Shown here in pieces: positions 51,768 to 62,100 of a stretch of 64,000 bases of DNA (position 1 is its first letter; every line of letters begins with the position of its first letter). A model generated the notes under the pieces. The model saw only the letters and a list, made by a program, of their open reading frames with translations, was not told where the DNA came from and did not search any database. Source of the DNA: an uncultured Candidatus Saccharibacteria bacterium (GTDB taxonomy: Bacteria; Patescibacteriota; Minisyncoccia; Phycocordibacterales; UBA12088); assembly GCA_964635195.1 (NCBI GenBank), contig CAZWNC010000002.1, forward strand, positions 3,444 through 67,443. The letters run 5' to 3'. The position numbers and the translations under genes were made by a program.

Positions 51768-53162
51768 CTATCGTACCTGCTCTTCTTCCAGGAGTCGAAC
51801 CAACAACCGAACAGGAGCTCCCGCGGCACCATCGGCAAGATGATCACTCTTGTCACTGGTCATCCGGGGCGCCATGTCAATATGCACCCACGGCCTTTCC
51901 ACGAACTCCGCCAGAAACATCCCACCCCCGATGGTACCCGCATAGCGTGCATTTCCAATCGGCACGTTCGCAATATCCCCAAAACGACCCTTGATCATCT
52001 CCTTGTACTCGTCCCACAACGGTAATGGCCAACAATAATCGCCACTTGTCTCGCCGAGCGTATGAAAACGCCACGAAAGCTCATCATCTTTACTCATAAC
52101 CGCACTCGCTTTCGTACCGAACGTCACAAGCGCCGCTCCGGTAAGCGTGGCAACGTCGACAATGAGTGACGGCTTGTACCGCTTCGCATAGGTGAGCGCA
52201 TCGGCGAGCAGCACCCTGCCTTCCGCGTCGGTGTTCAAAATATCGATCGTTTTCCCACTCATACTAGTCAGTACGTCGCCCGGACGGTAACTTTCGTGCC
52301 CTATCGCATTTTCGGCTGCGGGAACGAGTGCGATTGCATTTACCTGTAACCCAAGGCGCGCAGCCGCAATGACAGCGTGTGCCACCGCCGCTCCCCCCGA
52401 CATGTCGAGGTGCATATCAAGCATGGAGTCTGCGAGTTTCAGTGAAAGTCCGCCCGTATCGAATGTCACACCCTTACCGACAAGTACCACCGGTGCAACA
52501 CTCTTTCCGGCCCCGTAGTACTCGACAATGATGAACCGTGGCGCCTCCTTTGCACCTCGTCCCACACCGAGAATAGCACCCATTTTAAGACGTTTCATCT
52601 CCGCAACACCCAATACCCGCACGACTGCCTTTGTTCCCTGTGCACTCTTTTTGATTCGTTGTGCAAGAAGGGCCGGTGTCATGTCTCCACCGGGCATATT
52701 GGCGAGGTCTCGAGCCGCGTTTGTTTCCTCGGCGACCACCTCGCCAAAACGTAACGCATGCTTTTCCTCCTTGGTGAATACCCCAACAAGTGCAAGCTCG
52801 TCAAGAAAAGGTCGGTCACCCACATTTTTATCTTTTTTATACGCAACGAACTCGTAGTTCGCCATGTGCGCGTTTTCACCAAAAAGGCGGAGCATATCCG
52901 CTCGCTCGCAGGGTACATCAGGCAACAATGCAACATCGACCGCAATACGGTGCATTTTTCTCTCTCGCGCCTCGGCTACCATCCGTCGCATGAGCCCCAT
53001 GGTTCTACGTCGCGTGAGCGGTGTGTTACTCTCTACCCCGAGAGAAAGATAGATCTTGCCATCACGTTCGATACGCGAAGTACCGGTGGAGGCGGTATCA
53101 AATATGATCTGAGTGATGTTTTCGGGACACGCGTCGTGCAAAGTAATCTTCATACCGAACAA
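51768..53162 (-). CDS. pepA: Leucyl aminopeptidase, M17 family
   Basis: NTDAEGRVLLADAL signature plus the Mn/Zn-binding region VGKGVTFDTGG. Confidence 0.9.
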   Translation of the reverse strand: MFGMKITLHDACPENITQIIFDTASTGTSRIERDGKIYLSLGVESNTPLTRRRTMGLMRRMVAEARERKMHRIAVDVALLPDVPCERADMLRLFGENAHMANYEFVAYKKDKNVGDRPFLDELALVGVFTKEEKHALRFGEVVAEETNAARDLANMPGGDMTPALLAQRIKKSAQGTKAVVRVLGVAEMKRLKMGAILGVGRGAKEAPRFIIVEYYGAGKSVAPVVLVGKGVTFDTGGLSLKLADSMLDMHLDMSGGAAVAHAVIAAARLGLQVNAIALVPAAENAIGHESYRPGDVLTSMSGKTIDILNTDAEGRVLLADALTYAKRYKPSLIVDVATLTGAALVTFGTKASAVMSKDDELSWRFHTLGETSGDYCWPLPLWDEYKEMIKGRFGDIANVPIGNARYAGTIGGGMFLAEFVERPWVHIDMAPRMTSDKSDHLADGAAGAPVRLLVRLLEEEQVR

Positions 53163-53258
53163 GTATACGTCAGATCACTAAAACGAGCCACTTCATTCTC
53201 GGGATTCGTATACGCAATCCGTCATTCGAACCCCGGATACGGTAAAAAGACCCTCGAA

Positions 53259-54569
53259 CTATTGTTTTCCCTCGGAACGTACGTACTGAGTGACGCATGC
53301 AGCAATGGTCGCAAGCATGTCCTTGAACGTAGGCATATCCGGTTCAAGAAGTGTGAGTCGAAAACCATTGCGGTGACTATTCATGCCCGAAAGCGGCACC
53401 ACTGTGATACCGGTCGCACCCATCAGGTAGTACACGAAGCGCTTATCCTTAGCAACCTGCTGGGTCAGTGCCTCAATGCGTGCACGGACTGCAGAGTCGG
53501 CGATAGGTAATGTTTGCCCATTGGTCAAAACACCTTCCTGAAAAACCACCGACGCATAGAATGCTCCTTGCGGCTTGTTGACAATGAGGCCTGGCACCGC
53601 TTTAAAAGCCTCGGCAAAAAGATCGGCCTTTCTTCCGAATTCTAGAGCGATCTCACGAAGATGCGGCTGGTACCGAGCATCACTCATAATCCGAGGCAAC
53701 GCTTTTTGCGGGAGTGTGGTCGAACAGACCTCGAGCATCTTTGCGAGTACCAATGATTTAATATAGCGATCAAAGACCGGGTCGTTTTCTCTATTGTAGA
53801 CCTCTATCCACCCACACCGTGCACCCGGCCACGGCACTTCTTTGGAAAGTCCCTTGAATGCGATACCGGGAACAGTGCCGACGACCTGAGAAAGCGGCAC
53901 CATCGCTCCACCATAGACGATGTTACTGTATATCTCATCGCTCATGACAAAAAGATCATACCGTCGTGCGATATCGACCATACCAGCAAGTGTGTCGCGG
54001 GTATACACCGTACCGGTCGGATTGTCCGGATTGATGATCAGTATGCCACCTATCTCTGGATTGTACTTAACCTTATTCTCGATATCCGCAAGATCGGGCT
54101 GCCAGTGTCGTTCGGGCACAAGATCGTACGTCAAATGTCGTGCATCCGCATGTGCACCCTCCGCTGAAGAGTACGTCGGGTAGGCCGGATCCGGCCCAAG
54201 TATGCGACACCGGGGGTGCAAGTACAAAAAGGAAGTCTGTATCGCATCACCAAGGCCGTTGAAAAAAAGGATGTCGTCCGGGGTGATAGCAGCACCACCT
54301 TCCACATTGCGCATAGTGGCAATAAACTCTCGGGTTGTGAGTATGCCACGCGTTGGCGAGTAACCATACGAAGAATCATCGTGCTGAACCAAGTCCGCCA
54401 CGATATCTTTTATCCAGGGTGGTATTGTACGCCCTTTTGCGATCGGATCACCAATGTTTTCCCAGTATATAGGGACACCCATCCGCTTGAGCTCTTCACC
54501 TACCGCAACAATTTCACGAATCTCATAGGTGAGCTCGTCGGCACCCGGGTGTACGATGTCGTTTCGCAT
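53259..54569 (-). CDS. PLP-dependent aminotransferase class I/II (alanine-aminotransferase-like)
   Basis: 436 aa with N-terminal YEIREIV and the overall pattern of fold-type I aminotransferases. Confidence 0.8.
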   Translation of the reverse strand: MRNDIVHPGADELTYEIREIVAVGEELKRMGVPIYWENIGDPIAKGRTIPPWIKDIVADLVQHDDSSYGYSPTRGILTTREFIATMRNVEGGAAITPDDILFFNGLGDAIQTSFLYLHPRCRILGPDPAYPTYSSAEGAHADARHLTYDLVPERHWQPDLADIENKVKYNPEIGGILIINPDNPTGTVYTRDTLAGMVDIARRYDLFVMSDEIYSNIVYGGAMVPLSQVVGTVPGIAFKGLSKEVPWPGARCGWIEVYNRENDPVFDRYIKSLVLAKMLEVCSTTLPQKALPRIMSDARYQPHLREIALEFGRKADLFAEAFKAVPGLIVNKPQGAFYASVVFQEGVLTNGQTLPIADSAVRARIEALTQQVAKDKRFVYYLMGATGITVVPLSGMNSHRNGFRLTLLEPDMPTFKDMLATIAACVTQYVRSEGKQ

Positions 54570-54611
54570 ACCTACAAAATACTCCCGAATGCATGTAAAC
54601 GCAAAAAACTA

Positions 54612-54941
54612 TCACCCAGCCACTTCGGTATGCACCTCCTCGTACACCCTGCGCAGAGTAGCCGCCTCCTCGTTCACAAACCGATCGAAATCGGGAACGT
54701 GCTCTGCGAGAAATGAAAAAATAGCTTCCTGTTTCTCGGTACTTTCGGAATCTTCAGTACTCGCCTCAAAAAGGCCAAGCAACTTGTCCTGAGCGGTATA
54801 GTCAAGGGTATACCACACTCGCTGGATGACGCGAGAAAAGAGATGCTCACCTGTTTCCGCCAGGAGTTCTTCCCGTTCATCAACCGGAAGCGCGTCAAGG
54901 TTTATTTGCGAGCTTGGATTGAGCGAATCATGTTGTTCCAT
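54612..54941 (-). CDS. Acidic hypothetical protein
   Basis: 109 aa with no motif. It is tightly packed between flanking genes on the same strand. Confidence 0.35.
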   Translation of the reverse strand: MEQHDSLNPSSQINLDALPVDEREELLAETGEHLFSRVIQRVWYTLDYTAQDKLLGLFEASTEDSESTEKQEAIFSFLAEHVPDFDRFVNEEAATLRRVYEEVHTEVAG

Positions 54942-54961
54942 ACCTTCAATATTCTAAACTC

Positions 54962-57900
54962 TTAATGCTTTGTCTGCAGCGCCGCAATGTCACTCATCAA
55001 CTCACCCAGTGTTTCTCCACTCTTTGCCGCACGATCGATACAGTTTCCAATATCGACCCTTAGCTGTCCTTGCTCAGCAAATTGCACACGACTCAAGATG
55101 TCCTTCAGCACCTCCTCTGTATGTGAGGAAAAATTGATGGCGATTCCTCCGAGGTCGTACTGCAAACCCGGTGTCGGATCATACAGATCACCAACTTTGA
55201 GAAACGCAAGTGGTTCCCAGCTGTCTTTCAGGACCTGCGGAAGCGTTTCGGGCATCTCAGCTACTATCTTCGGGTTCTCAAATACGACCGACTGGAATGC
55301 CCCTTTTGTCAATTCAGGTAGTGAACCATCACGAGGAAATTCGCCTCCCGAATCAAGTAGGTGATCGACTTTTGCATCAAATCCCGCAAGCTCGCTTGTA
55401 ACCTGGTTTACGTAGGGAAAGTCTCCCCATGCGACCGTCTGTTGGTAGCGGTTCTTAAACGCTTCCACCTGGTCGACCTGTATGGGGCCGTCCGAGCTTT
55501 CCGGTACTTGTTGTGTACGTGGAGTGTCTTCACTTCCCTGTTGCGCAGTATGCGGCTCTTGCGTGTCACCGGTAGCCGGTGACGGTTCGTGTCCTTCTAC
55601 AGTATTCGGCGCATGGGTGGGAGCGCCTCCTTGCACACCACCGCTAGCCACAGACTCCTCGAGACCGTACTTTGCAGCATACTCATCGGGTACGGCAATA
55701 GTAAGGTGTGCGCCCGCGCGTATGTTATCGACATTCATTATCTCTTTACCATCCACGGTCGCCACGTGCGAATCGTTTTCCATACGTTCCAGAAGCACAC
55801 GTTGCGCCTCGGGAAGCTGCTCTGCGGAGACCCCCTCATTGGTAAGGTGCTCGCCAACGATACCTGAAAGTGTCACTCCTTCCGGTATGGTGAGCGACAC
55901 ATCGGCAGTGGCCGACAAAGGTGGACGCACCAGCGCATAGATTCGCTGCATGTGATCATCGGGAATGGAGAAATCAAATGCTTCCTTCGCGTATATTCTG
56001 TTCACGTCACCACCTTTCACCACACTATGGTCTTTTACATACTCGAGCATGTTCCCCACCACACGCATTTGCTCTCCTTTACTCAACTCTTTGTACCATG
56101 CGGTATCCTCCACAGATCGACGGAGCACACCCCACACTGTATCGCCTCGTGCAAATGTTCCCTCCGTGTGCACACCGGACACAAGATGCTCGGGGCTCAC
56201 AGGTGTGTCGGGCAACTGTTCTGCGGCATCAGGAGCAGTATCCACTGTCACAACGTCTTCATGGGGAGTGTCAGGTACTGTCAAGTCAGTATCCTGCCCA
56301 AACTTCACACGTGCTGCAGTGAGTCGTGCCTCCTCCATGTCCTTCGCATTGTTAGCAGACGCTTGCCCCTTCGCAAGCTCATCAGAGCTTGGTGTCTGGT
56401 CGATTGTAGGGATCGGCTCATGCGGGACTTCTCTCACAGTGGGTGCTGTATCTTTCGCGTCAATATCGCTCAATGGGTCTGGCAGCAATGTCGACAGCGG
56501 TTCCGGTATGACACCGACCTCAAAGGTCGGTGTGGAATCTGAAACAGGGGTTTGCAACACCTCGTCAATGAGTTGCTGAATATCGAGGGAATCCAACGAC
56601 TCATCCGGTGGTAGCACAACGGGTACTCCTTGCTCCGTGACCGACACCACGTCAGGCACAGCGGCCTCCTCCAGCACCGCAGTTCCAGTTGAAGCGCTCG
56701 GTGGCGTAGGTAGACCCTCCTCTCCAGGAAGTCCGATATGTTTATTGAAATCTTCCACAACCCCGAGAACACCCGGTGACACTTGTGGTAGGGGTGGGGT
56801 TTCTGCTACTGAAGAAACTCCATCAATTACGTCAACGCCGGCATCTAAGCCGGACTGGACAGCACTTGCAGCACCCGCACCCGTGGCATACGCTACCGCT
56901 CCCACAGCACCGATGGCAGCAACAGTCGTCGCGCCTTTTTTTACTCTTTCTGTTCGCTCAATCTTGTCAAGATCATTACGAAGCACTGATAGACGCATAG
57001 TGCCCGCCTCACCGGTAAGCCCCTCGAGCGCGAGATTTGTTTTTTGCTCAGTATCCTTTTTGATAACCTCATGTATCTTGGGTACCACTTTTCCAAACAC
57101 ACCTCCGGCTACGGCACTCGAAACACCCGTTGCAACAAGTTTTCGTCCTGCACCAATACCGCCCGCCGCAAGAATTGAAAGTGCCCCACCTCCTGCAAAC
57201 AGCGCAACCCCACCTGCAAGTGCCGCGCCGATTGCTACTTTTTGGGTAAGTGTTCTGCCTCCAAACCACTTACCGACTTTCGCCAAACGTGCGAGCGTAG
57301 GGTTTTCTTTCCCGCCCGTAGTTTCTTTGGCAGACTCGATTGCTTTTCTGTCCTCCATGGTCGTGAGGTACGCCGTAGCTATATAAAAAGCCTCCATTTT
57401 GGTTTCATCCAAAACACCTCCTCCTGAATCACGCTTCTTTGCACGCGATTCTACGAGAGCCTTGAGTGCACTCTTGCGCGCTTCAATGAGGTTCGCAGAC
57501 GTATCCAAGTACGTGTCATATTCCCGGAGCGCTTTCGTATATACCTCATCCTTTTGGTCAGGCTTCACCGTTTTAAGGAATTTGCTAAACATACCGCTCT
57601 GTGCACGATCTTCTGTACGTTCTTTGAGTTTTTCGAGAAAATGAACACGAGCGTGCGCTAGACGTTCCTTATTCTCAATATATGCAACGCGAGCCTGATG
57701 ATACCCCTCCAAAGATGCATCGGCCTCGCCCTTCTTAACAAGCTCCTGCACAACCGCAAGCTTCGCAACCGCCTTTGTTAGTGGTGCACTCTTCTCTTCC
57801 TCAATTTCCGCCACTTTTTCAGTGGGTGTACCTGCTTCAAGACTTCTGTCGAGTTGCGGCTTCTTGTAGTACATGTCGCGGACCTCCTGAAGCGCTATAC

Positions 57901-59011
57901 CCCGCAACTCGGCACGATGTGCCGTAAGCATATTTTTCTTCGCGTCACTCGGCACACCTTCATCCTTTTGCATCGCTTTTAACTGCCTCCGAACCTCCAC
58001 CCTGCGCTCCCCCAACTCCGTCCGAGGAGCGTTTTTCACCTGCAGAACATCCGCAGATTCGGGTGTGTGCACTGTGTCGGAACCCTGTTGCAACGAAGCC
58101 AAAATCTCTACCTCATTGCTTGTTTTACGTACATCGACATGCTGATGCTGTGTTACTTCAGAGGGGGTCATCTCCACCGCAGAAGCGACAGTCCCATGGC
58201 CCTGCGTGATTGACAATAAAGCACCTGACTCAGGTATGGACTGTTCCGCAAGGAGAAACTTTTCCCAGTTTTTCTGCGCTTCCGTGGTTCGCGCTGCGGC
58301 AGGAGATGGGGCCGGTTGTGCTGTGATCCCAATCTTCTGCACTTCCAAAGGCAGCGGTGCAATAGGAGGGCAGACGGCCTGCTTGTTCGTCACCTCCTCC
58401 GAACCTAATGTGCTGTCCGGTACCGGAACTGCTTTCCGGACAGTTACCGGAATGACGACTTCCTGTTTCTTTTGCTCAACAGGCTCCGTATCCTTCGCAC
58501 CCTCTTGCGGTACGTCCATCATACCCTGCAATCGCTCTTTAATAGTACGAGGCAGACTGACCTTTTCAAGCGCAACCGCAAGCTCCTTGCGTGCCGAATT
58601 GTCTCCCTTATTCATACGTCGACATATCGCACGAAGTTCCTCCAAACTTGCGATGAGCGACTCGCGTCCCACCACTTCAGTTCCGATTGTGAGATGTTCC
58701 TTTTTTTCTTGACCGAGCAAATCACACATATTCATCAACGACAGTCGCATGTCGTCATCCAGGATAGCCGCATTCAGTGTATACACTACTTCCTCCTCCG
58801 TGAGCGCAGTAACGTTATGTTCTTGATTGTTCGAACGTCTATTGTTTTGAAACCGATTGGGGGAACCGGATAGTGTCTGAACCTTTTCCAAAGTATGTGT
58901 TTCCTGCCTCAACTGCGACTTCGCGGACTGCATGCCTTGCTCATAAGGACGGAGCTGTACTCGATGGCTATCTGGTATCGGTACTGTTTCAGTTCTTCGC
59001 CCTTTAAACAT
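54962..59011 (-). CDS. Large (1,349 aa) hypothetical membrane protein with Gly/Ala-rich TM hairpins and long coiled-coil and acidic regions
   Basis: A central AIGAALAGGVALFAGGGALSILAAGGIGAG and a second AAIGAVGAVAYATGAGAASAV hydrophobic pair, with extensive K/E-rich helices. No catalytic motif. Confidence 0.55.
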   Translation of the reverse strand: MFKGRRTETVPIPDSHRVQLRPYEQGMQSAKSQLRQETHTLEKVQTLSGSPNRFQNNRRSNNQEHNVTALTEEEVVYTLNAAILDDDMRLSLMNMCDLLGQEKKEHLTIGTEVVGRESLIASLEELRAICRRMNKGDNSARKELAVALEKVSLPRTIKERLQGMMDVPQEGAKDTEPVEQKKQEVVIPVTVRKAVPVPDSTLGSEEVTNKQAVCPPIAPLPLEVQKIGITAQPAPSPAAARTTEAQKNWEKFLLAEQSIPESGALLSITQGHGTVASAVEMTPSEVTQHQHVDVRKTSNEVEILASLQQGSDTVHTPESADVLQVKNAPRTELGERRVEVRRQLKAMQKDEGVPSDAKKNMLTAHRAELRGIALQEVRDMYYKKPQLDRSLEAGTPTEKVAEIEEEKSAPLTKAVAKLAVVQELVKKGEADASLEGYHQARVAYIENKERLAHARVHFLEKLKERTEDRAQSGMFSKFLKTVKPDQKDEVYTKALREYDTYLDTSANLIEARKSALKALVESRAKKRDSGGGVLDETKMEAFYIATAYLTTMEDRKAIESAKETTGGKENPTLARLAKVGKWFGGRTLTQKVAIGAALAGGVALFAGGGALSILAAGGIGAGRKLVATGVSSAVAGGVFGKVVPKIHEVIKKDTEQKTNLALEGLTGEAGTMRLSVLRNDLDKIERTERVKKGATTVAAIGAVGAVAYATGAGAASAVQSGLDAGVDVIDGVSSVAETPPLPQVSPGVLGVVEDFNKHIGLPGEEGLPTPPSASTGTAVLEEAAVPDVVSVTEQGVPVVLPPDESLDSLDIQQLIDEVLQTPVSDSTPTFEVGVIPEPLSTLLPDPLSDIDAKDTAPTVREVPHEPIPTIDQTPSSDELAKGQASANNAKDMEEARLTAARVKFGQDTDLTVPDTPHEDVVTVDTAPDAAEQLPDTPVSPEHLVSGVHTEGTFARGDTVWGVLRRSVEDTAWYKELSKGEQMRVVGNMLEYVKDHSVVKGGDVNRIYAKEAFDFSIPDDHMQRIYALVRPPLSATADVSLTIPEGVTLSGIVGEHLTNEGVSAEQLPEAQRVLLERMENDSHVATVDGKEIMNVDNIRAGAHLTIAVPDEYAAKYGLEESVASGGVQGGAPTHAPNTVEGHEPSPATGDTQEPHTAQQGSEDTPRTQQVPESSDGPIQVDQVEAFKNRYQQTVAWGDFPYVNQVTSELAGFDAKVDHLLDSGGEFPRDGSLPELTKGAFQSVVFENPKIVAEMPETLPQVLKDSWEPLAFLKVGDLYDPTPGLQYDLGGIAINFSSHTEEVLKDILSRVQFAEQGQLRVDIGNCIDRAAKSGETLGELMSDIAALQTKH

Positions 59012-59112
59012 ATGACATAGTGTACCGCACTACGCCCGCGAATCGCAAACAGACCCCAAACGCAAGAAATCCACGATACCCCGCAACACACCAAGCGACT
59101 TTCACCCGATTG

Positions 59113-62100
59113 CTAGAATACTGGTACAACGATATACACCAGCTTACTCTCGTACAGACCTGCCGCTTGGCCGATATTTGCTCGAATGCGGTACACGATA
59201 TCAGTCGACTCCGCGGGAACAGGCCCGCCACTGTACGCCACCTCGGCAGCTGCATTGGAAAGAGCGGCAAACGTATCGGGCGCCAAAAAGCGTGTCGAAC
59301 CACCGGCGAGCGTGTTGTCCCCCGCATGGTAACCAAAGCAACTGGGAGCGAGCACTGCACATCCGCTACTCCAGCCTACCGGAGCGGCGTTGGTGCCGGT
59401 GATACCCTGTATGGTCTGGCCGGCACCTGCGGTCAACGGTTGTCGCTCGTAGGCGAACACCTGGTAGCCATTACTCGCATTGGTCGAAACCGTCAAACGC
59501 TGTGCGGCATTGAGGTCCGTCCCAAGGGAAAGAGACCCAAACGGAATAGAGAGTGCGGTCGTTGTAACGTCCATCACCACCCCTTCGGTCGAAGACCCGC
59601 TTGCAACACCACTTACCGTGAAAGTCACCTCACCGCTTGCAGACACAATCGACGGATAACTCCCGGGCACAGTCGAAGTACTGACCGGCGCGTCCGCGTT
59701 CACGTCATACACCCGGAAGTAGTAGACCTGCCCAACCGCAGCGTCCTTGTGCATCAACGTAAACTCATGTTCCTGTACCGCACCTGCAGGGAAAGAAACT
59801 CCGCTTGCGCCCCCACGATACAGAACGCCACTCGAGGTACCGAACGCAAAGTATCCCACCCCTTCATTTCCATGCGAACGCTCGCCATCATCTCGCTCAT
59901 CGATTGCAAAGAGAGTACTTTCACTCATGACCTCATCGTAGCGCACCCAACCACCCTCGGCACCATTGCGGGTCTGTTTACTTGCCACGAGACCCGGTAC
60001 ACGGGTAAACCAGTCGAAAGGAAACAGCTCTTGATACCACGGGGTGTTTGACCAACCCGAAACAACCACTCCGGTCGTCGTTGCGACGATAGGGGTACCG
60101 TTATTCTTGAACGCACCCCCCTCGATCGCCACCCAGCCATACGTTTCCGGCATCGTCGGCTCGTTTGTTTCGCCGTCGGGTACCTCCATTGAGCACGCGA
60201 AGTCGTTTGCTGTCACAAGCGCCTGCGACGCCGTGAGAAAGTCGGGGGTTCCCGTATTATTGTCTGTTTGGAGTGAGGTCAAGAGGATGGGTGCATCAGA
60301 GAATGTCTGCGTGAAGCTACAAGTATCGTCGGAAGCGCCTGAGACATCGCTCCCGTAGTAGTGCATGGTATCACGCGTTCCCACGTCCACACGCCTCCCG
60401 TCCGGCAAGAGGTGTGCTCCCCGTTCCATCACAACATACCCGACCGTCTCAGGTCCGTGTGAACCCACCTCATTGTCAGGCCGTATAATACGCACGGTCA
60501 CACTGTTCGTCGAAGTACCGGTAATACTTGCAACAGCCGGCCGATTACCTGCACCACCGCCACTATCGCCGGAAATAGCTTCGACGATAAACACCGGGTC
60601 ATCGTAGGTGTGCAAAAGTGAAATAGTGGTACCTGTGCCATCCACAGAAGTGGTGCCCACTTCTCCGATCACATCGGGCGAATACGTGTACTCGGTGTGT
60701 GTACCGCAGCCATCACCCACACCACCACTGCATGCATTGGCGGTAAGGACAACGTCTTGCACGGGCTCCCCTTCTTCACCCGCACCATTTGCCATACACC
60801 ACCGCGAGCCATACACACAGGTGTCTTGGTCGACCACATCGTACGCAACACTGAAATCAGACAGGGTCGAGTACTGGAGCTTGAACTTCACATTTGTCCC
60901 CGTTTTGCCCGCCACCTCAGCAAGGGTAACACGTAGCTTGAACACGTCACCCGGCCCCACTCCCGAAGGAGCCGTGTTCGTTGCAGCGAGGGGACTAACG
61001 GGAGTGAGTGATGTCTCGTCGTCAAAGAAACGCCAGTTGCCCTGTGTCACTTCGAAACCTGCCGTTGTAAGCGTTGGGTGGTAGGTGTACGTTGCAAACT
61101 CGCTCAAATCATCATTCACCATACGGAAACAGTACGCGGTCTTATCTGCCACACCGTTCGGGGTAAGCACCCAATCATACTCAACATCATCATTTATCCT
61201 CAGCTTGTAAGGATTCAATGATGTTCGTCCCGACTCCTCGTAGGTGCCCGCACGGTCCGCTACCGAAAGATTGAGATCGCCTCCGGTGGGGGGGTCGCCG
61301 GAGAGCGCTGTACCGGCAAGAGGTGAGGCGTTGTAACCGCGCCATATTGTGGTTGAAGCGCTGTCACCCACCTCATGCCATTCAGTGATGGCCCCGCACA
61401 CAGTAGTACGCACACCGTACTGTAGTCTAAAACGCTTCGTCTCACGCGAGACACTCGAGCCATGTACCAAAACGGACATGCGCAGACGCAATACGTCACC
61501 TTCGGTGGGAGGATCGTCGGAAAGTGTAATCGGCGCATATTCTCCCAAATTCCCCGCACCCGGTGGCCACGCGTCGGTGGGATCAAGCGCATCGTTGTTG
61601 TCGTACCATTGGTAAAAATTTTGTTCGAACGCAAGCTCGGCGGTCGGCCACTCCACCACTTCGGTCCGGTACGAACGAGCGGAACCGGTATCGGATATCC
61701 ACAATTCGTAGTGCGTCGTCGAGGCAATGGTCGCACCCATGATGGCTCGCGGGTGTGCAGTAGTGTTGCCGAGACCGATCATGTTCATAAAAATCGAGCT
61801 GTTCGAAAGTGCGGAAAGGGTGGTGCCAATCGGAATGGAATAAGTTGACGGTTCGACACCACCCGATGCTTGTGGGTTATTACTTCGCGTGACCTTCAGC
61901 GGACTCCCGTTCGTTTGGGTATTTTCGATCACCCACGCAACATGCACGTGGGTGTTCGCAGAGGCAGCGGTCGAAGGAATGTAGTACGACACCTGCCCCA
62001 CCGACGAAAGCCACACTTCGTGACCGAACTCATCAACCTGATTCACCCCAACACGCTTTTGAGTGTGTAGAAACGCGCGTGAAGCATCATTGACGGCCGT

